A DNA stretch of 64,000 nucleotides from the NCBI GenBank assembly GCA_964016885.1, contig CAXHJY010001495.1:25970-89969 (forward strand), in the 5' to 3' direction. Of the stretch, positions 41,401 to 55,082 are shown piece after piece (the first letter of the stretch is position 1; each line of letters starts with the position of its first letter). The stretch comes from Eledone cirrhosa (taxonomy: Eukaryota). Made by a program: the position numbers and the translations under genes. The notes beneath the pieces were generated by a model. The model was not told the DNA's origin and ran no database searches. It saw nothing but the letters and a program-made list of their open reading frames with translations.

Positions 41401-44400
41401 CTCCAGTACCAATACCACCAGTAATAGCACCATTCTACTCTCAAGTACCAATACCACCAGTAATAGCACCATTCTACTCTCCAGTACCAATACCACCAGT
41501 AATAGCACCATTCTACTCTCCAGTACCAATACCACCAGTAATAGCACCATTCTACTCTCCAGTACCTATACCATCAGTAATAGCACCATTCTACTCTCCA
41601 GTACCAATACCACCAGTAATAGCACCATTCTACTCTCCAGTACCTATACCACCAGTAATAGCACCATTCTACTCTCCAGTACCAATACCACCAGTAATAG
41701 CACCATTCTACTCTCCAGTACCAATACCACCAGTAATAGCACCATTCTACTCTCCAGTACCTATACCATCAGTAATAGCACCATTCTACTCTCCAGTACC
41801 AATACCACCAGTAATAGCACCATTCTACTCTCCAGTACCAATACCACCAGTAATAGCACCATTCTACTCTCCAGTACCTATACCACCAGTAATAGCACCA
41901 TTCTACTCCCCAGTACCAATACCACCAGTAATAGCACCATTCTACTCTCCAGTACCAATACCACCAGTAATAGCACCATTCTACTCTCCAGTAGCAATAC
42001 CACCAGTAATAGCACCATTCTACTCTCCAGTACCTATACCACCAGTAATAGCACCATTCTACTCTCCAGTACCTATACCACCAGTAATAGCACCATTCTA
42101 CTCTCCAGTACCAATACCATCAGTAATTGCACCATTCTACTCTCCAGTACCAATACCACCAGTAATAGCACCATTCTACTCTCCAGTACCTATACCACCA
42201 GTAATAGCACCATTCTACTCTCCAGTACCAATACCACCAGTAATAGCACCATTCTACTCTCCAGTAGCAATACCACCAGTAATAGCACCATTCTACTCTC
42301 CAGTACCAATACCACCAGTAATAGCACCATTCTACTCTCCAGTACCAATACCATCAGTAATAGCACCATTCTACTCTCCACTACCAATACCACCAGTAAT
42401 AGCACCATTCTACTCTCCAGTACCAATACCATCAGTAATAGCACCATTCTACTCTCCAGTACCTATACCACCAGTAATAGCACCATTCTACTCTCCAGTA
42501 CCAATACCATCAGTAATAGCACCATTCTACTCTCCAGTACCTATACCACCAGTAATAGCACCATTCTACTCTCCAGTACCAATACCATCAGTAATAGCAC
42601 CATTCTACTCTCCAGTACCTATACCACCAGTAATAGCACCATTCTACTCTCCAGTACCAATACCACCAGTAATAGCACCATTCTACTCTCCAGTACCTAT
42701 ACCACCAGTAATAGCACCATTCTACTCTCCAGTACCAATACCACCAGTAATAGCACCATTCTACTCTCCAGTACCTATACCACCAGTAATAGCACCATTC
42801 TACTCTCCAGTACCAATACCACCAGTAATTGCACCATTCTACTCTCCAGTACCAATACCACCAGTAATTGCACCATTCTACTCTCCAGTACCAATACCAC
42901 CAGTAATAGCACCATTCTACTCTCCAGTACCAATACCACCAGTAATAGCACCATTCTACTCTCAAGTACCAATACCACCAGTAATAGCACCATTCTACTC
43001 TCCAGTACCAATACCACCAGTAATAGCACCATTCTACTCTCCAGTACCAATACCACCAGTAATAGCACCATTCTACTCTCCAGTACCTATACCATCAGTA
43101 ATAGCACCATTCTACTCTCCAGTACCAATACCACCAGTAATAGCACCATTCTACTCTCCAGTACCTATACCACCAGTAATAGCACCATTCTACTCTCCAG
43201 TACCAATACCACCAGTAATAGCACCATTCTACTCTCCAGTACCAATACCACCAGTAATAGCACCATTCTACTCTCCAGTACCTATACCATCAGTAATAGC
43301 ACCATTCTACTCTCCAGTACCAATACCACCAGTAATAGCACCATTCTACTCTCCAGTACCAATACCACCAGTAATAGCACCATTCTACTCTCCAGTACCT
43401 ATACCACCAGTAATAGCACCATTCTACTCCCCAGTACCAATACCACCAGTAATAGCACCATTCTACTCTCCAGTACCAATACCACCAGTAATAGCACCAT
43501 TCTACTCTCCAGTAGCAATACCACCAGTAATAGCACCATTCTACTCTCCAGTACCTATACCACCAGTAATAGCACCATTCTACTCTCCAGTACCTATACC
43601 ACCAGTAATAGCACCATTCTACTCTCCAGTACCAATACCATCAGTAATTGCACCATTCTACTCTCCAGTACCAATACCACCAGTAATAGCACCATTCTAC
43701 TCTCCAGTACCTATACCACCAGTAATAGCACCATTCTACTCTCCAGTACCAATACCACCAGTAATAGCACCATTCTACTCTCCAGTAGCAATACCACCAG
43801 TAATAGCACCATTCTACTCTCCAGTACCAATACCACCAGTAATAGCACCATTCTACTCTCCAGTACCAATACCATCAGTAATAGCACCATTCTACTCTCC
43901 ACTACCAATACCACCAGTAATAGCACCATTCTACTCTCCAGTACCAATACCATCAGTAATAGCACCATTCTACTCTCCAGTACCTATACCACCAGTAATA
44001 GCACCATTCTACTCTCCAGTACCAATACCATCAGTAATAGCACCATTCTACTCTCCAGTACCTATACCACCAGTAATAGCACCATTCTACTCTCCAGTAC
44101 CAATACCATCAGTAATAGCACCATTCTACTCTCCAGTACCTATACCACCAGTAATAGCACCATTCTACTCTCCAGTACCAATACCACCAGTAATAGCACC
44201 ATTCTACTCTCCAGTACCTATACCACCAGTAATAGCACCATTCTACTCTCCAGTACCAATACCACCAGTAATAGCACCATTCTACTCTCCAGTACCTATA
44301 CCACCAGTAATAGCACCATTCTACTCTCCAGTACCAATACCACCAGTAATAGCACCATTCTACTCTCCAGTAGTAATACCACCAGTAATAGCACCATTCT

Positions 44401-47400
44401 ACTCTCCAGTAGTAATACCACCAGTAATAGCACCATTCTACTCTCCAGTACCAATACCACCAGTAATAGCACCATTCTACTCTCCAGTACCAATACCACC
44501 AGTATTAGCACCATTCTACTCTCCAGTACCAATACCACCAGTAATAGCACCATTCTACTCTCCAGTACCAATACCACCAGTAATAGCACCATTCTACTCT
44601 CCAGTACCAATACCACCAGTAATAGCACCATTCTACTCTCCAGTACCAATACCACCAGTAATAGCACCATTCTACTCTCCACTACCAATACCACCAGTAA
44701 TAGCACCATTCTACTCTCCAGTACCAATACCACCAGTAATAGCACCATTCTACTCTCCAGTACCAATACCACCAGTAATAGCACCATTCTACTCTCCAGT
44801 ACCAATACCACCAGTAATAGCACCATTCTACTCTCCAGTACCAATACCACCAGTAATAGCACCATTCTACTCTCCAGTACCAATACCACCAGTAATAGCA
44901 CCATTCTACTCTCCACTACCAATACCACCAGTAATAGCACCATTCTACTCTCCAGTACCAATACCACCAGTAATAGCACCATTCTACTCTCCAGTACCAA
45001 TACCATCAGTAATAGCACCATTCTACTCTCCAGTACCAATACCACCAGTAATAGCACCATTCTACTCTCCAGTACCAATACCACCAGTAATAGCACCATT
45101 CTACTCTCCAGTAGCAATACCACCAGTAATAGCACCATTCTACTCTCCACTACCAATACCACCAGTAATAGCACCATTCTACTCTCCAGTACCAATACCA
45201 CCAGTAATAGCACCATTCTACTCTCCAGTACCAATACCACCAGTAATAGCACCATTCTACTCTCCAGTACCAATACCATCAGTAATAGCACCATTCTACT
45301 CTCCAGTACCTATACCACCAGTAATAGCACCATTCTACTCTCCAGTACCTATACCACCAGTAATAGCACCATTCTACTCTCCAGTACCAATACCACCAGT
45401 AATAGCACCATTCTACTCTCCACTACCAATACCACCAGTAATAGCACCATTCTACTCTCCAGTACCAATACCACCAGTAATAGCACCATTCTACTCTCCA
45501 GTACCTATACCACCAGTAATAGCACCATTCTACTCTCCAGTACCTATACCACCAGTAATAGCACCATTCTACTCTCCAGTACCTATACCACCAGTAATAG
45601 CACCATTCTACTCTCCAGTAGCAATACCACCAGTAATAGCACCATTCTACTCTCCACTACCAATACCACCAGTAATAGCACCATTCTACTCTCCAGTACC
45701 AATACCACCAGTAATAGCACCATTCTACTCTCCACTACCAATACCACCAGTAATAGCACCATTCTACTCTCCAGTACCTATACCACCAGTAATAGCACCA
45801 TTCTACTCTCCAGTACCAATACCACCAGTAATAGCACCATTCTACTCCCCAGTACCAATACCACCAGTAATAGCACCATTCTACTCTCCAGTAGCAATAC
45901 CACCAGTAATAGCACCATTCTACTCTCCAGTACCAATACCACCAGTAATAGCACCATTCTACTCTCCACTACCAATACCACCAGTAATAGCACCATTCTA
46001 CTCTCCAGTACCAATACCACCAGTAATAGCACCATTCTACTCTCCAGTACCAATACCACCAGTAATAGCACCATTCTACTCTCCAGTACCTATACCACCA
46101 GTAATAGCACCATTCTACTCTCCAGTACCAATACCACCAGTATTAGCACCATTCTACTCTCCACTACCAATACCATCAGTAATTGCACCATTCTACTCTC
46201 CAGTACCAATACCATCAGTAATTGCACCATTCTACTCTCCAGTACCTATACCACCAGTAATAGCACCATTCTACTCTCCAGTACCAATACCACCAGTAAT
46301 AGCACCATTCTACTCTCCACTACCAATACCACCAGTAATAGCACCATTCTACTCTCCAGTACCAATACCACCAGTAATAGCACCATTCTACTCTCCACTA
46401 CCAATACCATCAGTAATAGCACCATTCTACTCTCCAGTACCAATACCACCAGTATTAGCACCATTCTACTCCCCAGTACCAATACCACCAGTAATAGCAC
46501 TATTCTACTCTCCAGTACCAATACCACCAGTAATAGCACTATTCTACTCTCCAGTACCAATACCACCAGTAATTGCACCATTCTACTCTCCAGTAGTAAT
46601 ACCACCAGTAATAGCACCATTCTACTCTCCAGTAGTAATACCACCAGTAATAGCACCATTCTACTCTCCAGTACCTATACCACCAGTAATAGCACCATTC
46701 TACTCTCCAGTACCTATACCACCAGTAATAGCACCATTCTACTCTCCAGTACCTATACCACCAGTAATAGCACCATTCTACTCTCCACTACCAATACCAC
46801 CAGTAATAGCACCATTCTACTCTCCAGTACCTATACCACCAGTAATAGCACCATTCTACTCTCCAGTACCTATACCACCAGTAATAGCACCATTCTACTC
46901 TCCACTACCAATACCACCAGTAATAGCACCATTCTACTCTCCAGTACCAATACCATCAGTAATAGCACTATTCTACTCTCCAGTACCAATACCACCAGTA
47001 ATAGCACCATTCTACTCTCCAGTACCAATACCATCAGTAATAGCACTATTCTACTCTCCAGTACCAATACCACCAGTAATAGCACCATTCTACTCTCCAG
47101 TACCAATACCACCAGTAATTGCACCATTCTACTCTCCAGTAGTAATACCACCAGTAATAGCACCATTCTACTCTCCAGTACCAATACCACCAGTAATTGC
47201 ACCATTCTACTCTCCAGTACCTATACCATCAGTAATAGCACCATTCTACTCTCCACTACCAATACCACCAGTAATAGCACCATTCTACTCTCCAGTAGCA
47301 ATACCACCAGTAATAGCACCATTCTACTCTCCAGTACCAATACCATCAGTAATAGCACCATTCTACTCTCCAGTACCAATACCATCAGTAATAGCACCAT

Positions 47401-50116
47401 TCTACTCTCCAGTACCAATACCACCAGTAATAGCACCATTCTACTCTCCAGTACCAATACCACCAGTAATAGCACCATTCTACTCTCCAGTACCAATACC
47501 ACCAGTAATTGCACCATTCTACTCTCCAGTAGTAATACCATCAGTAATAGCACCATTCTACTCTCCAGTACCAATACCACCAGTAATAGCACCATTCTAC
47601 TCTCCAGTACCAATACCACCAGTAATAGCACCATTCTACTCTCCAGTACCAATACCACCAGTAATAGCACCATTCTACTCTCCACTACCAATACCACCAG
47701 TAATAGCACCATTCTACTCTCCAGTAGCAATACCATCAGTAATAGCACCATTCTACTCTCCAATACCAATGCCATCAGCAATAGCACCATTCTACTCTCC
47801 AGTACCAATACCACCAGTAATTGCACCATTCTACTCTCCAGTACCAATACCACCAGTAATAGCACTATTCTACTCTCCAGTACCAATACCACCAGTAATT
47901 GCACCATTCTACTCTCCAATACCAATGCCATCAGCAATAGCACCATTCTACTCTCCACTACCAATACCACCAGTAATAGCACCATTCTACTCTCCAGTAG
48001 CAATACCATCAGTAATAGCACCATTCTACTCTCCACTACCAATACCACCAGTAATAGCACCATTCTACTCTCCAATACCAATACCACCAGTAATAGCACC
48101 ATTCTACTCTCCAATACCAATACCATCAGTAATAGCACCATTCTACTCTCCAATACCAATACCACCAGTAATAGCACCATTCTACTCTCCAGTAGCAATA
48201 CCATCAGTAATAGCACCATTCTACTCTCCACTACCAATACCACCAGTAATAGCACCATTCTACTCTCCAATACCAATACCACCAGTAATAGCACCATTCT
48301 ACTCTCCAATACCAATACCACCAGTAATAGCACCATTCTACTCTCCAATACCAATACCATCAGTAATAGCACCATTCTATTCTCCACTACCAATACCACC
48401 AGTAATAGCACCATTCTACTCTCCAATACCAATACCACCAGTAATAGCACCATTCTACTCTCCAATACCAATACCATCAGTAATAGCACCATTCTACTCT
48501 CCAATACCAATACCACCAGTAATAGCACCATTCTACTCTCCAGTAGCAATACCACCAGTAATAGCACCATTCTACTCTCCAATACCAATACCATCAGCAA
48601 TAGCACCATTCTACTCCCCAGTACCAATACCACCAGTAATTGCACCATTCTACTCTCCAGTAGTAATACCATCAGTAATAGCACCATTCTACTCTCCACT
48701 ACCAATACCACCAGTAATAGCACCATTCTACTCTCCAGTAGCAATACCATCAGTAATAGCACCATTCTACTCTCCAATACCAATGCCATCAGCAATAGCA
48801 CCATTCTACTCTCCAATACCAATACCACCAGTAATAGCACCATTCTACTCTCCAGTAGCAATACCACCAGTAATAGCACTATTCTACTCTCCAGTACCAA
48901 TACCACCAGTAATAGCACCATTCTACTCTCCAGTACCAATACCACCAGTAATAGCACCATTCTACTCTCCAATACCAATACCATCAGCAATAGCACCATT
49001 CTACTCCCCAGTACCAATACCACCAGTAATTGCACCATTCTACTCTCCAGTAGTAATACCATCAGTAATAGCACCATTCTACTCTCCACTACCAATACCA
49101 CCAGTAATAGCACCATTCTACTCTCCAGTAGCAATACCATCAGTAATAGCACCATTCTACTCTCCAATACCAATGCCATCAGCAATAGCACCATTCTACT
49201 CTCCAGTACCAATACCACCAGTAATAGCACCATTCTACTCTCCAATACCAATACCATCAGTAATAGCACCATTCTACTCTCCAATACCAATACCACCAGT
49301 AATAGCACCATTCTACTCTCCAGTAGCAATACCACCAGTAATAGCACCATTCTACTCTCCAGTACCAATACCACCAGTAATAGCACCATTCTACTCTCCA
49401 CTACCAATACCACCAGTAATAGCACCATTCTACTCTCCAGTACCAATACCATCAGTAATAGCACCATTCTACTCTCCAATACCAATACCACCAGTAATAG
49501 CACCATTCTACTCTCCAATACCAATGCCATCAGCAATAGCACCATTCTACTCTCCAGTACCAATACCATCAGTAATAGCACCATTCTACTCTCCAATACC
49601 AATACCACCAGTAATAGCACCATTCTACTCCCCAGTACCAATACCATCAGTAATAGCACCATTCTACTCTCCAATACCAATACCACCAGTAATAGCACCA
49701 TTCTACTCTCCAATACCAATGCCATCAGCAATAGCACCATTCTACTCTCCAGTACCAATACCATCAGTAATAGCACCATTCTACTCTCCAATACCAATAC
49801 CACCAGTAATAGCACCATTCTACTCCCCAGTACCAATACCATCAGTAATAGCACCATTCTACTCTCCAATACCAATACCACCAGTAATAGCACCATTCTA
49901 CTCTCCAGTACCAATACCACCAGTAATAGCACCATTCTACTCTCCAGTACCAATACCACCAGTAATAGCACCATTCTACTCTCCAGTACCAATACCACCA
50001 GTAATAGCACCATTCTACTCTCCAGTACCAATACCACCAGTAATAGCACCATTCTACTCTCCAGTACCAATACCACCAGTAATAGCACCATTCTACTCTC
50101 CAGTACCAATACCATT
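38498..50116. repeat. 39-bp minisatellite, about 298 copies (11.6 kb)
   Basis: Unit AATAGCACCATTCTACTCTCCAGTACC(A/T)ATACCACCAGT. No frame-breaking indel, since one plus frame is open throughout. Confidence 0.97.
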
Positions 50117-50175
50117 CCATTAGAGATAATACAACACTGAACAAATATAAAAAAAATATTATTATCCATTATTTA

Positions 50176-50362
50176 TGTGGATTGTCAGTATCGGTTGAGG
50201 GTCGGACGCCATGCTTTCCAGCATAGTTGCGTCCCTTTACGATCTGAGTTCAGATCCCGCCGAGGTTGACTTTGCCTTTCATCCTTACGGGGTCGATAAA
50301 ATAAAGTACCAGTAATGTACTGGTGGATTGCTGGCCTTGTGCCTAAAGTAGAAACAATTATT
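50176..50362 (+). mobile_element. SINE family A
   Basis: Full head-core-tail arrangement. Confidence 0.85.
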
Positions 50363-50471
50363 TATATTTTATCCAAAATGGCTGACTCAGTACAAACGTG
50401 GTGAAAACTTTTTTCCGTTCGTTCCTTTTCTCACTCTCCATCTTTCTATTTCATCTTTTATTTCTCATTCT

Positions 50472-50510
50472 ATCTTCTGATGAAGGACTAGTGTCCGAAA
50501 CGTAAAACTC
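50472..50510 (+). ncRNA. Minimal hammerhead motif, weak stem I
   Basis: CTGATGA-A-GGAC tagt GTCC-GAAA CG TA (ACGT palindrome); AATAAA and (TA)n downstream. Confidence 0.55.
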
Positions 50511-50728
50511 TTTCCCTACTATATCAAGCGTTAAACTAATAAAATTCTTCGTTGTACTGTGTTGTTTCCCTTTACCTTTTATATACATACACATACACAT
50601 ACATACACATACATACACATACATATATATATACATACATATACATATATATGCATATATATACATACATATGCATATATATACATATGCATATATATAT
50701 ACATATACATACATATATATATATATAC

Positions 50729-51148
50729 ATTTCGTTTTTGTATTTGTTTTGCAAGATTCTTGATGTGAAATCGTGTTGATAAACATGTATGGTTATACTT
50801 TGGAAAGGCCATATTGCCAACAAAAACACATGCATCACTTGAGTTAAACTACATTTTTATTATCATTTACCTAACTAATAATTGTGTCTACTTTAGGCAC
50901 AAAGCCAGCAATTACCTCAGTGTATTACTGGTACTTTATTTTATCGACCCCGTAAGGATGAAAGGCAAAGTTAACCCCGGCGGGATTTGAACTCAGAATG
51001 GCAAGGGCCGTAACTCTATGCGCCAAAGCATCCGACACTCTACCAATACTGCTAATCCACCGCCTAACTAATAATAAGACTGAAATGACACTTAACCGGT
51101 GCGTGTGTTTTTATTGGCAACATGACCCTCCTAAAGTATAACTATATT
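50729..51148. mobile_element. Miniature inverted remnant of the PLE1/PLE2 family, interrupted by a SINE
   Basis: Left part is the reverse complement of the ORF start (MAFPKYNH..QIQKRN). Right part GGTGCGTGTGTTTTTATTGGCAACATGACCCTCCTAAAGTATAAC matches 12006-12051. Confidence 0.75.
50882..51062 (-). mobile_element. SINE family A with TSD
   Basis: CCTAACTAATAA duplicated at 50870 and 51063. Confidence 0.88.
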
Positions 51149-51207
51149 ATATATATATATATATATATATAGTGACGAAACATAAGTCAATTGCATGAAC
51201 TCATAAT

Positions 51208-51395
51208 TGTTTCTACTTTTAGGCACAAGGCCAACAATTACTCAGTGCATTACTGGTACTTTATTTTATCGACCCCGTAAGGATGAAAGGCAAAGTCAAC
51301 CTCGGCGGGATTTGAACTCAGATCGTAAAGGGACGTAACTATGCTGGAAAGCATGGCTTTCGACCCTCCACCGATACTGCCAATCCACCGCCCTT
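51208..51395 (-). mobile_element. SINE family A with a 17-bp TSD
   Basis: TTGCATGAACTCATAAT at 51191-51207 and 51396-51412. Confidence 0.9.
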
Positions 51396-51421
51396 TTGCA
51401 TGAACTCATAATCCTTTATTT

Positions 51422-51477
51422 ACTGCTATATATATTTCGATGATAGCCATTGAATGGCTATGACCTCATCAGGCAGT
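51422..51477 (-). ncRNA. Type I hammerhead ribozyme, canonical core
   Basis: ACTGC-CTGATGA-GGTCATAGCCATT c AATGGCTATCATC-GAAA TATATA TA-GCAGT. Confidence 0.85.
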
Positions 51478-51564
51478 TAGTTAGTTCTTAGATATGCCAG
51501 CTCTGTGTTTATGATGTTGATGGTATCAGAGCCTTGGGACACACACATACCTATATATATATAT

Positions 51565-52182
51565 GATTCTCGCTAATTTATATTTGTATTAATCTCCAGA
51601 GTCTAGCTATTGACCAGTTAAATTTCTTGATTTTTTTTTTAGTTGATGAATAGCTTTTGTTAACTTATAACCATTCTGTTGAGAGCTTAATTCGTTTCGT
51701 GATATTTTGCATTTTTGCAATAATATACACATACTGAATTTCATCCGCCAAAAATAAAGGTTGCCTCCCTTGTCGAGCCCCACGTGGGTATCGGTAACGG
51801 TCATTCCTTTGCCTGGCACTTGAACTAAAACCTGTTGAGAAAGTGACTTCCTTGTTCAATCATCTTACCAGAAACCTAACATTATTTATCTAAGCGGACA
51901 GTACTTGATTTAGGAGTCGCAGAAACCCAAATGATGGATTTTACCAACCATCCAGGGGTCCGGGTAAATTTCAATCACATATTTTTTTATTTGTTTGACC
52001 CGAATTACTTGGTAGTTTCTATGGTTGTGCGGATGACGGTTTAACCATCGTCTCAGTGTGTTTGACCTTTAACGCATGGTGTAGCTCTGGTCTGTCAGAA
52101 TTATTGAGCGCTTACCACACATCTCGGAAGTTGTTTTTCGCTAATTCCAAAGCCGAAATACGATTCTCGCTAATTTATATTT
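51565..52182. mobile_element. Unclassified 597-bp module with a 21-bp terminal direct repeat, TA-flanked
   Basis: GATTCTCGCTAATTTATATTT at 51565 and 52162; reverse-oriented relatives at about 6071-6163 and 13520-13875. Confidence 0.6.
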
Positions 52183-52391
52183 ATATAGTTATACTTGGGG
52201 AGGGTCATATTTGTGTAATATTGCCAGAATTAATAACAGAACACACTCACTGTTTGGTTGGTTTTCGCTTTTCGCTTCTGTGTCTTTTATATTGGTAATC
52301 TAATTTATTCGGTCCTCAATCTTGCCATTGACTGACCAACGGTCAAAAATAATACAGATACAATATAGACACAAACACATATATATAGTTT

Positions 52392-52433
52392 ATCAAAGTT
52401 CTTTCGTTGCACATCTGCAACATCGTCAGTGGT
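52392..52433 (-). ncRNA. Hammerhead in the PLE2 3' repeat, stem I imperfect
   Basis: ACCA-CTGACGA-T-GTTGCA gatg TGCAAC-GAAA gaac TT-TGAT; same position and loop III as in PLE1. Confidence 0.72.
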
Positions 52434-52706
52434 GCTATTGTTTCCTCCCGTTGCATTGTATTTTCTACGCCATCTTTATTTAGTCTGTTTATATATTTAT
52501 TTATTTGTTTATTTTATTTTGTCTTCTTTGCGCATGCGTTTGCGTGTGTGTATAGTGTTTTGTTTGATGTGTGTTCGTGATTGGGTGACTGTGTATTGGT
52601 TAATGTATTCTATCTTTACTAGTGTGCCTTTATATCTGTTTGTTGTTATTGTGCTTGTGTATGTATTTATTTATTTATTTATTTATCTATTTATTTATTT
52701 ATTTAT

Positions 52707-55082
52707 TTATACTTCTCTTAGGTCAGTGTTGTTGTTATTCCATTCATTCTTTCTGTTTAGCCTTGGCCTTCTAAGTTCTATTTCACTGGCCTCTCTGATT
52801 TGCCTATCTGCTGGGTCATTTCTATGTTTAGATATTATTCTAATTTCTATGTTGTCTATGTTACCGTCGTGTTGTTGTCTGGCATGTTCGTATAGTACTG
52901 AACCGTTTTTTCGTCCTTTTAGTTCCCCCAAGTGTTGGTCTATCCTTTCACCTATGCTACGAGCTGTCTCGCCTATGTATGTTGTTGTCATGTTTCTGCA
53001 AGTACCCTCTGTACATCTTATGCTATAGACTACGTTTCTAGTTTTACAGTTTATCCGGGGGTTTACCTTGCATATGATACATTTCCTATTAGTACAGTGG
53101 GTTTTCTTAAAAGGGTAGGTTTTGCTGATCAGGGATTTTATGGTGGTTCCTGGCTTTTCTACCACCTTAATCTTTAAGTGGGTCTTTCTCCAGGCCTTTC
53201 TACACTGGTTAGCTAATTTCCCTCCAGGGATAGCGTCCACAAACATGACACTCTGGTATCTCTGGTTGTCGCACCATGAGGTGGCTTTCCCTATCTTATG
53301 TCTAGCCCTATCTAATCTATTCCATGATTTGCTCCTGTATAATGGGCAAATTCCTTTCATGTCCAGTTCTATGAGGGTCTTATACTTCTCCATGGCTCCT
53401 TCGTATACTCTGACTCTGTCTCTTTGGTTGTAGCCAGAGAACTGCATGCGGTTGATGAAGTGTTGGATGTGTCTTTCCATTTCTGTTGGGTCGCACATGC
53501 GGGACACATTCTTCATCACTCGTACCAAATCTGCGATCAGAATATTAAACTTAGCACTACTGGACATTGCTGAGTTTTTGAGTATCAGGTATTTGGAGGC
53601 CATGGGTTTAGCATAGTGTGAGTGGAGAATTTGGGCTCTCTCGTCTATAGTGTTAATCCAGAGTTCCGTGTATAATACAGGTAGTCTATTGTTAGGGTGT
53701 TTGGAAGGGTAGTCGATAGTTACAGTTATACTCTGGTGTATGGAATTAGCTATCTGCTGGATGCTTTCCATTGTGCTACGTTCTAAATCAAACTTGTTAG
53801 TGTTCTTTAGTGGGGATGTTCTTATAACTATATTGATATCGTCTACGTAACGAGAGTACATGATGAGGTCTATGGAGCTCTCATTAAGGAGATCTTTAAG
53901 TCTCCTTTCCCACCATACCATAAAAAGGTTGGCAACATCACCAGCTATGCTGACGCCAATGGCTGCTCCCGCATTTTGGGTGTAGATCTTCTCGTTGAAC
54001 TTGAATATGTGGCCCTTTAGGGTAGTTTTGATACTAGCCCCTATTGCCTGTGCGACTATTTTTCTTACCTGATCATTGTTTTGGGGTGTCCGTATAGCTT
54101 TGGTCCACCCAATCCACCTTCCTATGGGAGTCTTTTTAGCCATTGAGGTTATGGTGGGGGGTCTACCTCTTATAGGTCTACTGGGGCAGAAACATCTAAG
54201 GTCATGGCTGTCTAGGTAGTCAATATCGTAGCTAAGTCTAAGTAGGAGGCCCAGTTCATCTGTGTCGACGTCGCAGAACTCTACCTCACTCTCAATGATC
54301 ATCTCCACACATTTTTCCTCAGCAAAATCAATGTTAATGGATGGGTACAGTGATACCACATCCATGCTGCCTATTGTGCAGTTGGATAGGTTCCTGTTTT
54401 TGTTGCACTCACTGATTCTGCTGAGGAGGTCCTCTGTACTGTTACATACATCTGGGGACATCTTGATTATGGGGCGTATAACCATTGAGAGGAAGTAGGA
54501 GATCCTGTAGTTGCTAGCTATATTTGCTCCGCATATGGGTCTTGTTGTCAGGTCGTCGACTGTCTTGTGGTCTTTGCGGAGCCCATACAAGGGTGGTATG
54601 CCATTGTTAGACGCATGGAAGTTGTTGGCAGTGCTTCTGCTTGGCTTTAGGCTGTCGGTCCACATCATCATGTGAGCGTTGAGGATTTTCTCTCTCCCAT
54701 CATGTGTTTGCTGTGCAATTTCGCTCGTGTTGGTGATGTGGGGTTGCATAGCCTTGATGTAGTTCGGCATGCTATCTATTGACATCCTACCAGACTTATC
54801 CGTGGGTAGACATACTACCTCACCATCCTTTGTGCGCTGCTTGAGGCTAACCAAGCCTTCTACAGGTTTCCTCCCAAGTTGTTGGGCCTCTGGTCTGCTC
54901 TGTCTCTTAGTATACCGGTCTACTATTTGTCTAATCTTATTTCTAGCTATGGTTAACTGTGCCTCTGTCTCGTCATCTATTTGTTGTGGTATGCAAACTC
55001 TTTTATTAAAGGGTAACCTCGTAGGATAGATATTACCCATCTTATATGTTTTGTCAGCTGGGTTGAAGAATAGTTTCTCCAA
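52707..55082 (-). CDS. PLE reverse transcriptase plus GIY-YIG endonuclease (791-aa open segment)
   Basis: PTDKSG, LYGLRKDHK, TRPI, SMDVVSLYPSI, GAAIG..ANLFM, YSRYVDD, NVVYSIRC..YIGET. Confidence 0.92.
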   Translation of the reverse strand: MEKLFFNPADKTYKMGNIYPTRLPFNKRVCIPQQIDDETEAQLTIARNKIRQIVDRYTKRQSRPEAQQLGRKPVEGLVSLKQRTKDGEVVCLPTDKSGRMSIDSMPNYIKAMQPHITNTSEIAQQTHDGREKILNAHMMMWTDSLKPSRSTANNFHASNNGIPPLYGLRKDHKTVDDLTTRPICGANIASNYRISYFLSMVIRPIIKMSPDVCNSTEDLLSRISECNKNRNLSNCTIGSMDVVSLYPSINIDFAEEKCVEMIIESEVEFCDVDTDELGLLLRLSYDIDYLDSHDLRCFCPSRPIRGRPPTITSMAKKTPIGRWIGWTKAIRTPQNNDQVRKIVAQAIGASIKTTLKGHIFKFNEKIYTQNAGAAIGVSIAGDVANLFMVWWERRLKDLLNESSIDLIMYSRYVDDINIVIRTSPLKNTNKFDLERSTMESIQQIANSIHQSITVTIDYPSKHPNNRLPVLYTELWINTIDERAQILHSHYAKPMASKYLILKNSAMSSSAKFNILIADLVRVMKNVSRMCDPTEMERHIQHFINRMQFSGYNQRDRVRVYEGAMEKYKTLIELDMKGICPLYRSKSWNRLDRARHKIGKATSWCDNQRYQSVMFVDAIPGGKLANQCRKAWRKTHLKIKVVEKPGTTIKSLISKTYPFKKTHCTNRKCIICKVNPRINCKTRNVVYSIRCTEGTCRNMTTTYIGETARSIGERIDQHLGELKGRKNGSVLYEHARQQHDGNIDNIEIRIISKHRNDPADRQIREASEIELRRPRLNRKNEWNNNNTDLREV

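Noticed and set aside
40006-50169. Minus-strand MVLLLVVLVLESR and WWYWY ORFs
   Set aside because: Alternative frames of the 39-mer, repeatedly broken by stops.
52025-52170. Possible long-stem-II hammerhead CGGATGA..GCCGAAA
   Set aside because: The core is non-canonical, stem I pairs poorly, and the relative at 13520-13700 does not conserve either core half.
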